Source: an uncultured Actinomycetota bacterium
GTDB lineage: Bacteria > Actinomycetota > Actinomycetes > JAFAQI01
Assembly (NCBI GenBank): GCA_963770565.1
Contig: CAVYQE010000001.1
Location: 1,184,001-1,248,000 of the forward strand
Direction of reading: 5' to 3'
DNA: 64,000 bases
Below the pieces are notes generated by a model. It ran no database searches, was not told where the DNA came from, and worked only from the letters and a program-made list of their open reading frames with translations. The position numbers were made by a program, and so were the translations under genes. Numbering within the stretch: position 1 is the first letter of the stretch; the number at the start of each line of letters is the position of its first letter. Shown piece after piece: positions 27,089 to 36,767 of the stretch.

Positions 27089-28135
27089 ATGACGACCGTG
27101 TCGTCCCCGACCGCAGAGCCGTCGCTGGACCTGACTGATCTCAAGCTGACCGAGTGGACCGCGTGTGGCGGTTGTGCGGCGAAGTGGGGCGGCGCACCGC
27201 TGGCGGACCTGGTCCGCGGCCTGGCTAACGACGCCGAAACGCGCGACCTTCTGGTCGGCCTGGCGCCGTTCGACGATGCCGCGGTCTACCGGATCTCGGA
27301 CGATGTCGCGCTGGTGTCGACGACCGACTTCTTCCCGCCGCTCGTCGACGACCCGGCGGACTTCGGCGCGATCGCGGCGGCGAACGCCTGCAGCGACGTG
27401 TTCGCGATGGGCGGCCGGGTCATCCTCGCGCTCAACATCTCGGCATTCCCGGAGCAGCTGCCCGAGCCGGCGATCGCGGCGATCCTCTCCGCGGCGTCGG
27501 AGAAGGTGGTCGAAGCGGGCGGCGTCGTAGCGGGTGGCCACACGATCCGCTCGACCGAGCCGATCTTCGGCCTCGCCGTGCAGGGCATCGTCCACCCGGA
27601 CCGGATCCTGCGAAAGTCAGGCGCGCAGCCAGGCGATGTTCTCGGGCTGTCGAAGCCGCTCGGTACCGGCATTGTGCTGGCCGGCGGGTCGGCGGAGGAC
27701 AAGGCGGCCGCGACCACCGGGATGCGCGCGCTCAACCGCGCCGCCTCGGAAGCGCTGGCCGACCTGGGCCCGGTGGTGCATGCGCTCACCGATGTCACCG
27801 GCTACGGCTTGTTCGGGCACGCCTTCGAGATCGCCCAGCGGTCGGCGGTGGGCGTGGTGATCCAGGGTTCGGCGCTGCCGCTGTATCCGGGCGCCCGCGA
27901 GGTGGCCGCCGCGGGCGTGCGAACCGGCGGAGATCCGCGCAACCGCAGCTACCTCGCCGGCCACGTGACCTCGCGCGCCGACGAGGCGGTCGAGGCGCTG
28001 GCCTTCGACCCGCAGACCTCCGGTGGCCTGCTCTGCGCGGTGGCGCCAGGGGCAGCTGGCGACCTGGCCGCGATCGGGTTCGAGATCGTCGGCGAGATCG
28101 TCGCGGGACCCGCGATGGTCAGGCTCGAGCCGTGA
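27089..28135 (+). CDS. selD: Selenide, water dikinase (selenophosphate synthetase), Cys form
   Basis: CGGCAAK, DDAAVY, TTDFF.P.VDDP, NA.SDVFAMGG, GGHT, TDVTG.GL.GH and DPQTSGGLL motifs. Confidence 0.96.
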   Translation: MTTVSSPTAEPSLDLTDLKLTEWTACGGCAAKWGGAPLADLVRGLANDAETRDLLVGLAPFDDAAVYRISDDVALVSTTDFFPPLVDDPADFGAIAAANACSDVFAMGGRVILALNISAFPEQLPEPAIAAILSAASEKVVEAGGVVAGGHTIRSTEPIFGLAVQGIVHPDRILRKSGAQPGDVLGLSKPLGTGIVLAGGSAEDKAAATTGMRALNRAASEALADLGPVVHALTDVTGYGLFGHAFEIAQRSAVGVVIQGSALPLYPGAREVAAAGVRTGGDPRNRSYLAGHVTSRADEAVEALAFDPQTSGGLLCAVAPGAAGDLAAIGFEIVGEIVAGPAMVRLEP

Positions 28136-29412
28136 GGCCGCCGTCCGTCGACGCGCTCGCCCGGTCGATCACGGGGGTGGCGCTGCCGGATGCCCTGCTC
28201 GTCGAAGCCGCGCGCGAGGCGATCGCTGCCGGCGATCCCGACTCCGCCCAGCGGCGCGCCGAGGCGATCGCAACCGCGCTGTTGCAGCCGGTCATCAACG
28301 CGACCGGTGTCCTGTTGCACACCAACCTCGGCCGGGCGCCGCTCGCGGTCCGGCAGGAGGCGCGCTACACGAACCTCGAGCTCGACCTCGACTCCGGCCG
28401 GCGCGGCTCCCGGCACGCGCATGCGGCGCGGCTGGCCGCGACGGCGTGCGGTGCCGAGGCCGCGTTGATCGTCAACAACGGCGCCTCCGCCGTACTGCTC
28501 GCCCTCACCGCCCTCGCAGCCGGACGACGGGTGCTGGTGAGCCGCAGCGAGCTGGTCGAGATCGGCGGCGGCTTCCGGATCCCCGACGTGCTGCGCGCCT
28601 CGGGTGCCGAGCTGGTCGAGATCGGTACGACGAACCGCACCCGGAAGTCCGACTACGAGTCAGCCGCGGTCGGCGCAGACGTCGCGCTGATCCTGAAGGT
28701 GCACCAGTCCAACTTCCGGATCCAGGGCTTCACGGAGTCGGCGACCCTGGCTGAGCTGGCGACGCTCGGCCCGCCGGTCGTCTACGACATCGGGTCGGGA
28801 CTGCTGGATGCCGCGACGCCGTGGTTGCCTGGTGGGCCGCCGCCCTGGCTTGCGGATGAGCCGGCCGCGCGCCAGTCGCTCGCTGGGGGCGCCGCGCTCG
28901 TGACGTTCTCCGGCGACAAGCTGCTCGGCGGGCCGCAGGCCGGCGTGATCGCCGGCGATGCGGAGCTGATCGCGCGGTGCAGCCGGCATCCGCTTTACCG
29001 CGCGTTGCGGCCCGGACAGCTGGTCTTGTCCGCGCTGCAGGACGTGTTCCTCGCGTACCTGCGCCGTGACCCGGCCGCCATCCCGTTCTGGGCGATGGCG
29101 TCGCTGACCGCCGACGAGCTCCTCGAGCGGGCGCGCGCACTCGGCGTCGGCGAGCCGGTCCGGTGCGAGTCGGTCGCGGGCGGCGGATCTCTGCCTGGCT
29201 TGACGATTCCCTCGGCCGGCGTTGCGATCGACGGCGATCGAACTGCGGCGCTGCGGCACGGCGCAGTGCCGGTGATCGCCCGCGTCCACGCCGGGCGCAC
29301 CGTGTTGGACCTGCGGACGGTCGCCCCCGCGGACGACGTCGTCGTCAAGTCCGCGGTGGCGGCCGCTCTGCACTCCGACACCGACCCTGCCACTGACACT
29401 GGGGGAGCCTGA
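28132..29412 (+). CDS. selA: L-seryl-tRNA(Sec) selenium transferase
   Basis: VINATGVLLHTNLGRAP, NLELDL..G.RGSR, EIGGGFRIPD, GTTNRT and FSGDKLLGGPQAG (PLP Lys) motifs. Confidence 0.96.
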   Translation: MRPPSVDALARSITGVALPDALLVEAAREAIAAGDPDSAQRRAEAIATALLQPVINATGVLLHTNLGRAPLAVRQEARYTNLELDLDSGRRGSRHAHAARLAATACGAEAALIVNNGASAVLLALTALAAGRRVLVSRSELVEIGGGFRIPDVLRASGAELVEIGTTNRTRKSDYESAAVGADVALILKVHQSNFRIQGFTESATLAELATLGPPVVYDIGSGLLDAATPWLPGGPPPWLADEPAARQSLAGGAALVTFSGDKLLGGPQAGVIAGDAELIARCSRHPLYRALRPGQLVLSALQDVFLAYLRRDPAAIPFWAMASLTADELLERARALGVGEPVRCESVAGGGSLPGLTIPSAGVAIDGDRTAALRHGAVPVIARVHAGRTVLDLRTVAPADDVVVKSAVAAALHSDTDPATDTGGA

Positions 29413-30527
29413 TGGGACCGGTCGTTCGCGTCGAGGTCATGGCGGTCGGACCGTCGATGCCGCCGGTGCAATACACGGGTACTGCGCCGCCGGCGCTCGA
29501 CACGATGACGCTCGTCGTGCTGACCGACGAGGACGGCACGGTCGGCATGGCGAGCTACGACGCGGACAGTTACGACCATCACGACCTGGCCTCGATGGAG
29601 GCGCTGCGCGCGCCGGCCCGCGCAGTGCTCGGCCAGGATCCGCTCGACCGGTTGCGGATCGGCGCGGAGATCGCCGCGCTGCGACCGACGCCGGTGACCG
29701 CACCAGGGCCGGTGTCGGCGATCGAGACGGCATTGTGGGACCTCGCCGCCAAGGCGGCGAACCAGCCGCTGTCCCGTTACCTCGGCGGCGCCCGCGACCG
29801 CATCCCGGGGTATGCCTCGCTTCCGGTGTGCGACACCGTCGACGGCTGCCTCGAGCTGGTCGGCGAGGCGCAGGCAGCCGGTTTCGGTTGCGTGAAGCTG
29901 CACGTGTCCGGCGACCCGCGCGCGGACGCGGTCCTCGCCGAACGGGTGCGGGCCGCCTTTTCCGACCTCGAGGTCATGTGGGACGCCGAGGGCGTCTACG
30001 ACCGGCCGGGTGCGGCGTACGTCGCGGCCGCGCTGGACGCGATCGAAGCGCGTTGGTTCGAGGCGCCGCTGCCCGACCAGGACCTGTCCGGCTATCGGGA
30101 GCTTCGCCGGCGCTTCGGCGTGCCGCTGATTCCGGCCGGCGACTTCTTCTGGGACCTCCGCGCGCTCGGCGAGGTGCTCCGCGACCCGCCCTGGGATGCG
30201 ATCCGCTCCGAGGCCAGCGCGGGCGGCGGGATCGGCTACCTGGTCCGGCTCGCCGGGCTGGCCGAGGCCTTCGGCCTGCAGACCGAGCTCGCCACCTATG
30301 GCTTCGGGTTCACGCAGGCGGCCAACCTGCACGTGATGCTCGGCCTCGGCAGCGGAAGCTACTTCGAGCAGCCGTTCCCGGCCGAGCCGTGGACCTTCGG
30401 GCTGAGCGACCCGTATCCATTCGGGTACGGCGCTGAGTACCACGCGCCGGACGCGCCGGGCCTCGGCGTACCCGTAGATCTCGCGTTGATCGAGCCAGCG
30501 GTGGTGGCGAGGTTCGTCGTCCAATAG
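29412..30527 (+). CDS. Mandelate racemase/muconate lactonizing enzyme (enolase superfamily) protein
   Basis: IETALWDLAAK, LGG.RDRIP.YAS, VKLH, WDAE, WFEAP and PDAPGLG motifs. TGATG-coupled to selA. Confidence 0.88.
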   Translation: MGPVVRVEVMAVGPSMPPVQYTGTAPPALDTMTLVVLTDEDGTVGMASYDADSYDHHDLASMEALRAPARAVLGQDPLDRLRIGAEIAALRPTPVTAPGPVSAIETALWDLAAKAANQPLSRYLGGARDRIPGYASLPVCDTVDGCLELVGEAQAAGFGCVKLHVSGDPRADAVLAERVRAAFSDLEVMWDAEGVYDRPGAAYVAAALDAIEARWFEAPLPDQDLSGYRELRRRFGVPLIPAGDFFWDLRALGEVLRDPPWDAIRSEASAGGGIGYLVRLAGLAEAFGLQTELATYGFGFTQAANLHVMLGLGSGSYFEQPFPAEPWTFGLSDPYPFGYGAEYHAPDAPGLGVPVDLALIEPAVVARFVVQ

Positions 30528-30534
30528 CCGGCTA

Positions 30535-30618
30535 CCAAGCAATGTCACATTGCCTAGGGTTTCGCGGGGGTGATGTCACATTGCCCCACGAAGTGGGGGG
30601 TAATGTGACATCGCTTGG
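30535..30618. repeat. Palindromic intergenic element (REP-like / bidirectional terminator) between convergent genes
   Basis: ATGTCACATTGCC occurs twice plus an inverted AATGTGACATC. Hairpin GATGTCACATT.CCCCAC-GAA-GTGGGG..AATGTGACATC, with outer CCAAGC/GCTTGG. Confidence 0.65.
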
Positions 30619-30621
30619 CGA

Positions 30622-32313
30622 CTAGGTCGACGCGCATTGATGGATCTGTTCGAACGGATCCTTCGAGAAGTAGTTGGCGAAGCCGTCGGGCGAGGTCAGG
30701 ATGCCGCACCACTTCTTGCTCCAGCCCTCGAGCACGTTGACGTAGACGAGGACGAGGTACGGCCGGTCGGCCGCGACGATCTGCTGCATCTGGTAGACGA
30801 TCTGACGTCGTTTCGCGACGTCCGACGCCGATGCCTGCTCGTTGAACAGCCTGTCGTACTGAGGGTTGCAGTAGCCACTGTCGCTGAGGTTGTTGCGCTG
30901 CGTGCAGGTCAGCACGCTGAGGATGTAGTCCGGGTCGATGTAGGCGTCCCAGCCCCACATTGCGAGCTGGTAGTTGCGGTAGTGGTTGCCGTAGAGGTCG
31001 CTGTTCAGCTGGGTGTCGCCGACGACCGACAGGGTCAGCTTGATTCCGATCCGCTTGAAGTCGGTCACCATGATCTGGCCGGAGCGGATCCCGGCGCCGC
31101 CGTTGTCGGTGGAGATCAGGAACGTGTAGGCCATCGGATGGCCGTCGGCGACCCGGATCCCGTTCGACCCCATCTTGTAGCCGGCGGCGTTAAGCAGCTC
31201 GTTCGCTTTCGCGAGGTTGAACGGCAGCCCCTTGACACTCGGATCGGACCACGAGCCGGAAGCCGGCGGGACGATCGATCCACCGGGCTGCGCGAAGCCG
31301 AGGTAGGCGACCCTGGTAATCGTGGCGCGGTCGGTGGCGTACTCGATCGCCTCGCGGACCTTCGGGTTCAGCAGCTCACGATGCGCGACCATCGTCGACA
31401 CCGTGTTGATGATGATGTCCTGGAACGACGTGGCTTCGACGTTGACGATGTTGAATCCGGCCGCCTTGAGCGAGCTAATCGACGTCGCCGGCAATGAGGG
31501 GTCGCCGAGCGCGGCGTCGATCTGACCGGACTTCAACGCCTCGACCTCGGCGTCGCTATCGGCAAAGTACTGGTAGCCGAAGCCGGCGATCTTCGGCTTC
31601 GGGCCGTACCAGTCGGGGTTGCGCTTGAACAGCGCGATCTGACCGGAGACGTACTTCGTGAAAATGAAAGGACCGCCACTCACCACCGGGGTGGAGCCGC
31701 TCGGGAGGTTGGCAAACGTGCGCAGCTTGGCGCCGTTGCCGACGGCGTACTGCTTCCAGATGTGCTCAGGCAGGATCGGCAGCGACGACAGCGACGACAG
31801 CACGTTCGCCACCGTGCTGGAGTATGAGACCACCAGCGTGGTCGGCGATGTTGCCGTCGCGCTGACCATGTCGACGACGTTCGAGATGTCTTGCGCGGTC
31901 GGTCCGTTCTTGTACTTCAGGATGGTCTGGAGCGTCCAGGCGGCGTCGTTCGCAGTGAGTGGCGTGCCGTCCGACCACTTGGCGCCGGCCCTGGTGTGGA
32001 AGGTCCAGACCCGGTGATTGGCGGACTCGCTCCAACTGGTCGCGAACTCCGGCTCGATCTCCTTGGTGTTCAGGTTGTACTGCACGAGGTACGGGTAGAT
32101 GTTGACGAACGAGTCGTAGGCCAGCGTGCTCTGAGACACGAACGGGTTCATCGACTCCAACGGGGCGTGGGTGCCGAGCCGGAGAATCCCGCCATCGCCG
32201 CTTGACGACGAGCCGCCGGACGACCCGCCGCAGGAGGACGCAAGTAAGGCAACGGCCGCTGCGATCACGGCGGTGGCCCGCAGCGTTGGGCGTGCAGTTC
32301 GACTCGCGATCAT
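30622..32313 (-). CDS. Peptide-type (family 5, OppA-like) ABC substrate-binding lipoprotein
   Basis: Lipobox LASSC. Motifs WSDGTPLTANDA, SGGPF and NPKVREAI. Confidence 0.9.
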   Translation of the reverse strand: MIASRTARPTLRATAVIAAAVALLASSCGGSSGGSSSSGDGGILRLGTHAPLESMNPFVSQSTLAYDSFVNIYPYLVQYNLNTKEIEPEFATSWSESANHRVWTFHTRAGAKWSDGTPLTANDAAWTLQTILKYKNGPTAQDISNVVDMVSATATSPTTLVVSYSSTVANVLSSLSSLPILPEHIWKQYAVGNGAKLRTFANLPSGSTPVVSGGPFIFTKYVSGQIALFKRNPDWYGPKPKIAGFGYQYFADSDAEVEALKSGQIDAALGDPSLPATSISSLKAAGFNIVNVEATSFQDIIINTVSTMVAHRELLNPKVREAIEYATDRATITRVAYLGFAQPGGSIVPPASGSWSDPSVKGLPFNLAKANELLNAAGYKMGSNGIRVADGHPMAYTFLISTDNGGAGIRSGQIMVTDFKRIGIKLTLSVVGDTQLNSDLYGNHYRNYQLAMWGWDAYIDPDYILSVLTCTQRNNLSDSGYCNPQYDRLFNEQASASDVAKRRQIVYQMQQIVAADRPYLVLVYVNVLEGWSKKWCGILTSPDGFANYFSKDPFEQIHQCAST

Positions 32314-32347
32314 TCCTGATCCCTCCACCCGGTGGTGCCGTCGTTCG

Positions 32348-33316
32348 TCATGACTGGGACTTGGCGGCGGCTCGCCCGTCGCGCGCGGTGCGCAGTCGCC
32401 AATAGCGCGACGAGACGTGCGCGACCTTCAGCCGCGGGTTCAGGCCGTCTTCGAGCGCGTTGCCGACGAGGTAGCAGGCGACGATCACCAGCGCAATGCA
32501 CACGCCGGGCGGCACGAAGGCCCACCAGGCGCCGAAGCTGACCGCCGTACGGTCGTCCGCGTGCTCCAGCAGGGTGCCCCACGTGATTGACGAGGCCGAT
32601 CCCAGGCCTAGGAAGTCCAGCGTGGTCTCGTCGAAGATCGCGACCGCGATCATCAGAACCATGTTGGCGATCAGCAGCGGCGCCACGTGCGGCAGTACGT
32701 GCTTGAAGATAATCCGCCAGTTGGTGGCGCCGAGTGAGCGCGCGTGCGCGACGAAGCCGCGCTCTCGCACGCTCTTGACCTGCGCGCGGATGACCCGGGC
32801 CGTCGTGGTCCACAGCAACAGGCCGATCACGAAGATCACGTGAGTGATGCTCGGGCCCCACAGTGCCGCGACGACGATCATCAGCACCAGGTCGGGGATG
32901 ACCAGGAAGAAGTCGGTGATGCGCATGAGCACGGCCTCGGTGATCCCGCCGAAATAGCCGGACAGTACGCCGATGCCGCCGCCGATCACGAGCGACACCA
33001 GCGTGGCGGCTCCGCCGACGAGCAGTGAGATCCGTGCGCCCTGGACCGTCTCGCTGAACATGTCGATGCCGCCGTCGTCCAGACCGAACCAGTGATGGAC
33101 GGACGGATGCCCGAAGACCTTGCCGGTCTGCAGCGATGTGCTGTACGGCTCAAAGAACGGGCCGAACAGCGCGAGGAGGACGAAGAAGCCGAGAATTGCC
33201 AGGCCGGCCAGCGCGGCGGGGTGGCCCCGAAGGCTGCGTTGGATCTGGCGTCGCCGGCTGATGCCGCCTTCGGCGACGACGAGGTCCCCGCCCGCGCTGA
33301 TCGTGCTAGTGCTCAT
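32348..33316 (-). CDS. Peptide ABC transporter permease (OppC type)
   Basis: HWFGLDDGG, GARISL, EAA-loop ARSLGA....IFKHVLP and WG.LL motifs. Confidence 0.92.
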   Translation of the reverse strand: MSTSTISAGGDLVVAEGGISRRRQIQRSLRGHPAALAGLAILGFFVLLALFGPFFEPYSTSLQTGKVFGHPSVHHWFGLDDGGIDMFSETVQGARISLLVGGAATLVSLVIGGGIGVLSGYFGGITEAVLMRITDFFLVIPDLVLMIVVAALWGPSITHVIFVIGLLLWTTTARVIRAQVKSVRERGFVAHARSLGATNWRIIFKHVLPHVAPLLIANMVLMIAVAIFDETTLDFLGLGSASSITWGTLLEHADDRTAVSFGAWWAFVPPGVCIALVIVACYLVGNALEDGLNPRLKVAHVSSRYWRLRTARDGRAAAKSQS

Positions 33317-34274
33317 GCGAGATCCGCGGGTCGAGGCTGAAGTAGAGCGTCTCGGCGAGGAAGTTGAAGAAGATGACCGAGAACGCGATGACCAGGAAGC
33401 CGCCCTGCATCATCGGGTAGTCACGGGTGACGACCGCGTTGTAGAGGGCGGAGCCGATGCCCGGCCAGGTGAAGACGATCTCGACGAGGATCGCGCCGGC
33501 CACGATGTAGCCCAGCGAGAGCGCGATGAGGGTGACGATCGGCAGCATGGCGTTGCGCAACGCGTGTCGGCGCACGATCGACCGCTGGGTCAGCCCTTTC
33601 GCGCGCGCGGTCAGGATGAAGTCCTCGCCGAGGACCTCGAGCATCGCCGAGCGGATGATCAACGTCATGCTGCCGTAGATCGTGAGGACCAGCGTGATCC
33701 CGGGCAGGATCATGTGCTTGGCGATGTCCTCCATGTGCTGCCAGAACGGCGGGGTGGTGAACTCGAACGGACTGCTCATGCCGGCGGATGGCAGGTGGCC
33801 GCCGAGCAGGATGAGCAGCAACAGACCGATCCACTGGGTGGGCAGGGCGTAGAGCACGACCGCGGTGCCGGTGCTGATGTGGTCGACGAGCGTCCCGCGC
33901 CGGCGGGCGGAGATGATCCCGGTCCACAGCCCGAGGAGCAGCGCGATCAGGGTCGAGATGCCGACCAGCGGGATCGTGTTCTTCAGCGCGATATAGAGGT
34001 TGTGGCTCACCGGCTGCTGGTTGGTGAACGAGATCCCCAGGTTGCCGTGCAGGAGCTGCTTGACGTAGAGGAAGTACTGCGCCGTGGTGGACCGGTCTAA
34101 GCCGAACTCGCGCTTGAGCGCGGCTTGGAGCTGTGGCGAGGAGTTCGGGACGTGCGCCCAGTTGGTGATCGCGCTGCCGGGCAGGACCCGGAAGAGGAAG
34201 AAGTTGATCGTGACCGCGACAATCGCGGTCACCAGCGCGAAGACCGCGCGCTTGAGGATCCCGTACCGCAGCAT
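33306..34274 (-). CDS. Peptide ABC transporter permease (OppB type)
   Basis: FGLD, GNLG.SF, TARAKGL...RHALRNA, VE.VFTWPG.G and LDPRI motifs. Confidence 0.92.
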   Translation of the reverse strand: MLRYGILKRAVFALVTAIVAVTINFFLFRVLPGSAITNWAHVPNSSPQLQAALKREFGLDRSTTAQYFLYVKQLLHGNLGISFTNQQPVSHNLYIALKNTIPLVGISTLIALLLGLWTGIISARRRGTLVDHISTGTAVVLYALPTQWIGLLLLILLGGHLPSAGMSSPFEFTTPPFWQHMEDIAKHMILPGITLVLTIYGSMTLIIRSAMLEVLGEDFILTARAKGLTQRSIVRRHALRNAMLPIVTLIALSLGYIVAGAILVEIVFTWPGIGSALYNAVVTRDYPMMQGGFLVIAFSVIFFNFLAETLYFSLDPRISHEH

Positions 34275-34334
34275 CGCGGCCTCAGCCCCCGTCTCCGAAC
34301 GTCGTCAACACGCTCGCAGGCCTTCCTTCCGGCC

Positions 34335-34363
34335 GACTGTCAACGGTCGGAGTGTTGACAGTC
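34335..34363. promoter_or_regulatory. Perfect inverted repeat GACTGTCAAC-N9-GTTGACAGTC upstream of oppB; putative GntR operator
   Basis: Two 10-bp arms, each containing the TGTCAAC box seen at the other cluster promoters. Confidence 0.6.
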
Positions 34364-34384
34364 CGGTAAAACTACCATCGCCGG

Positions 34385-35512
34385 TCAACGGTTGTCCCGC
34401 CCGTTTGGTGCCGCCCGGGCGAAGTCCGCGATCACCGCGGCGAGCACCCGGGCGGCCTTGACGACCTCCCGGATGTCGATCTGTTCGCCGGGCCCGTGCG
34501 CGCTTCGAAGGAGGCCGGGTCCGAAGACGATCGTCTCGGCCCGCGAGACCGTGGCGAAGTTGTGCGCGTCCGTCCAGGCCGGCATGTACGTCGGCCCCCG
34601 GCTGTCACCGAGGACAGCCGCAGTCGCCGCCAGCGTCGCGCGCGGCAGCCAAGCATCGCTCGGTGTCTCGAACCCGGGAACCGAGTCCACGACCTGCAGT
34701 CGGGCCTGGTGGGCGCCGCACAGCTGGGTCAGCTCCGTGATGACTCGCTCGGGTGTGACCGGCGCGAAGAACTGGGACTCGAGGAAGAAACGGGCCCGGT
34801 CAGGGACCACGTTGAGTTCCTGGGGGCTCGAGAAGGCGTGCACGGATACCCGGTTGGGTGCGCCGAGCGGATGCTCGACCGTCGTAAAGGGTGCCTGCGT
34901 GCAGGCGTGGATCAGGCCGGCCGCGTTCTCGATCGCGTTGTCGCCGTCGCGGCCGAAGGAGTGGTGCGCGGTCACCCCTTCGACGTCGATCCACGAGTCG
35001 ACGTAGCCCGCCTCCGCGCTGGCGACTCTGAGGTCGGTCCCCTCAAGCGCGACGACGTACTCCGGTTGTGCCGCCGAGGCCATCTGAAGCGAGCCGGTTC
35101 CGCCGGACTCCTCGTCGACGCACAGCCCGAGGCCGACCGGTGTCCGGCCGAGGTCGACGCCGTCGTCGCGCGCCAGCATCAGCGCGAGCAGGCCGGTGAC
35201 GACGCCGCCCTTGTCGTCCTGCGCGCCCAATCCCCGGACGACGGTTCCGTCGACGCTCGCATCAGCGCATTCCCAACCGGGGGTGATCGTGTCGGTGTGC
35301 GCGGTCAGCAGGAGTGCGGGGCGGCTGGTCACGCCGACCACCAGGTTCGGCCCGCTGCCCTCGACCGGGTCCGGATGCACCGACCAGCCGCGCTCGCCGA
35401 GGCGGGTCGACAGATGTGCGACGAGCTCGGACTCCTCGTGGCTGTAGGAACGGATGTTGACGAGTTCGACCAGCTCGGTACGCGCCCACTCGAGGGCTTG
35501 CCGGTCGTTCAC
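34385..35512 (-). CDS. M20 family metallopeptidase/deacylase (ArgE/DapE-like)
   Basis: AHTDT, GLGAQDDKGG, DEESGG and FGPG....AH...E motifs. Confidence 0.9.
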   Translation of the reverse strand: MNDRQALEWARTELVELVNIRSYSHEESELVAHLSTRLGERGWSVHPDPVEGSGPNLVVGVTSRPALLLTAHTDTITPGWECADASVDGTVVRGLGAQDDKGGVVTGLLALMLARDDGVDLGRTPVGLGLCVDEESGGTGSLQMASAAQPEYVVALEGTDLRVASAEAGYVDSWIDVEGVTAHHSFGRDGDNAIENAAGLIHACTQAPFTTVEHPLGAPNRVSVHAFSSPQELNVVPDRARFFLESQFFAPVTPERVITELTQLCGAHQARLQVVDSVPGFETPSDAWLPRATLAATAAVLGDSRGPTYMPAWTDAHNFATVSRAETIVFGPGLLRSAHGPGEQIDIREVVKAARVLAAVIADFARAAPNGRDNR

Positions 35513-35539
35513 GGCCGCGGGCGGCCGGTCATCGTCTCG

Positions 35540-36694
35540 TCACGCGCCGATCGCGTAGGAATGCGGCGTGCTCCAGTGCAGCCAGACCTCGTCGCCTCGA
35601 GCGATCGGCTGCCTCGACGAGGCGGAGTTGAGTAGGTGGACCACCATCTCCTCGCCGGCCACGGTGGCCACCGAGAACGACGTCGACGTGCCGAGATAGA
35701 TCACTTCCCGCACGATCCCTTTGACTCGGCAGTCCGCACTTGTCGGCTCGTCGCCGGTCGTGATCGAGATCTTCTCGGGCCGAACGGTGAGATGCACCGA
35801 TGCGCCTTTGGTCACCCGGTCGTTCTGGCTGACCAGGACCCGGCCGGCCGCTCCGAACCGGATCACGCCGACGCCGTCGACGAGATCTGCGACCGAGCCG
35901 GTGAGGATGTTCGAGACGCCGATGAAGCCGGCGACGAAGCGGTTGGCCGGGAATTCGTAGACGTCGTGCGGCGTCCCGAGCTGCTCGACCCGCCCGGCGT
36001 TCATGATCGCGAGCCGGTCGCTCATGACCAGTGCTTCGGTCTGATCGTGCGTCACATAGACGAACGTGATCCCCACGTCACGCTGGATCCGCTTGAGCTC
36101 GGTCTGCATCGTCTGTCGGAGCTTGAGATCGAGCGCGCCGAGCGGCTCGTCGAGCAGCAGTGCTCCCGGTCGGTTGACGAGTGCGCGAGCCAAGGCGACG
36201 CGCTGCTGCTGACCCCCGGACAGGTCCCGGGAGCGCCGCGATCCGAGCCCACCGAGCTCGACCAGCTCGAGGATCTCGTTGACCCTTCGGGTCACCTCCT
36301 GCGACGGCACCTTCTTCCGTCGCAGCCCGTAAGCGATGTTGTTGAACACCGACATGTGGGGGAACAGCGCATAGTCCTGGAAGACCATGTTGACGTCGCG
36401 CCGGTTCGGCGGGACCCCGTCGGTGCGCTCGCCATGGAGCCGGATCTCACCGCTGTCCGGTTCGTCGAGTCCGGCGATCATCCGCAACGTGGTCGACTTG
36501 CCGCATCCGGACGGACCGAGCAGGGAGAAGAACTCCCCGGGCCGGATCGCGAGGTCGATGCCGTTCACCGCTTGGACGTTGCCGTCCTTGACGCCGAACC
36601 GCTTGACCACGTCGATCAGCTCGATCGCCGGGGTGTGGTCGTCGTACTGCGGGCTGGCCGCGACGACCGACGAGGGCTGGCCGACGGTGCTCAC
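35540..36694 (-). CDS. Spermidine/putrescine-type ABC ATP-binding protein (PotA-like)
   Basis: GPSGCGKS, VFQDYALFPHM, LSGGQQQR and DEPLGALD motifs; C-terminal TOBE-like region. Confidence 0.92.
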   Translation of the reverse strand: MSTVGQPSSVVAASPQYDDHTPAIELIDVVKRFGVKDGNVQAVNGIDLAIRPGEFFSLLGPSGCGKSTTLRMIAGLDEPDSGEIRLHGERTDGVPPNRRDVNMVFQDYALFPHMSVFNNIAYGLRRKKVPSQEVTRRVNEILELVELGGLGSRRSRDLSGGQQQRVALARALVNRPGALLLDEPLGALDLKLRQTMQTELKRIQRDVGITFVYVTHDQTEALVMSDRLAIMNAGRVEQLGTPHDVYEFPANRFVAGFIGVSNILTGSVADLVDGVGVIRFGAAGRVLVSQNDRVTKGASVHLTVRPEKISITTGDEPTSADCRVKGIVREVIYLGTSTSFSVATVAGEEMVVHLLNSASSRQPIARGDEVWLHWSTPHSYAIGA

Positions 36695-36767
36695 CGAGGC
36701 GTCAACCGACGACCGGGCCGGGCGGGCGGCACGTGCATGAGGCAGGGTAACCGCGCACTCCGGTAAG

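Noticed and set aside
27089-28135. SelD as a third selenoprotein
   Set aside because: The active-site codon is TGT (CGGCAAK), and there is no in-frame TGA.
30535-30618. CRISPR array
   Set aside because: Only three short units, one inverted, with no regular spacers and no cas genes.
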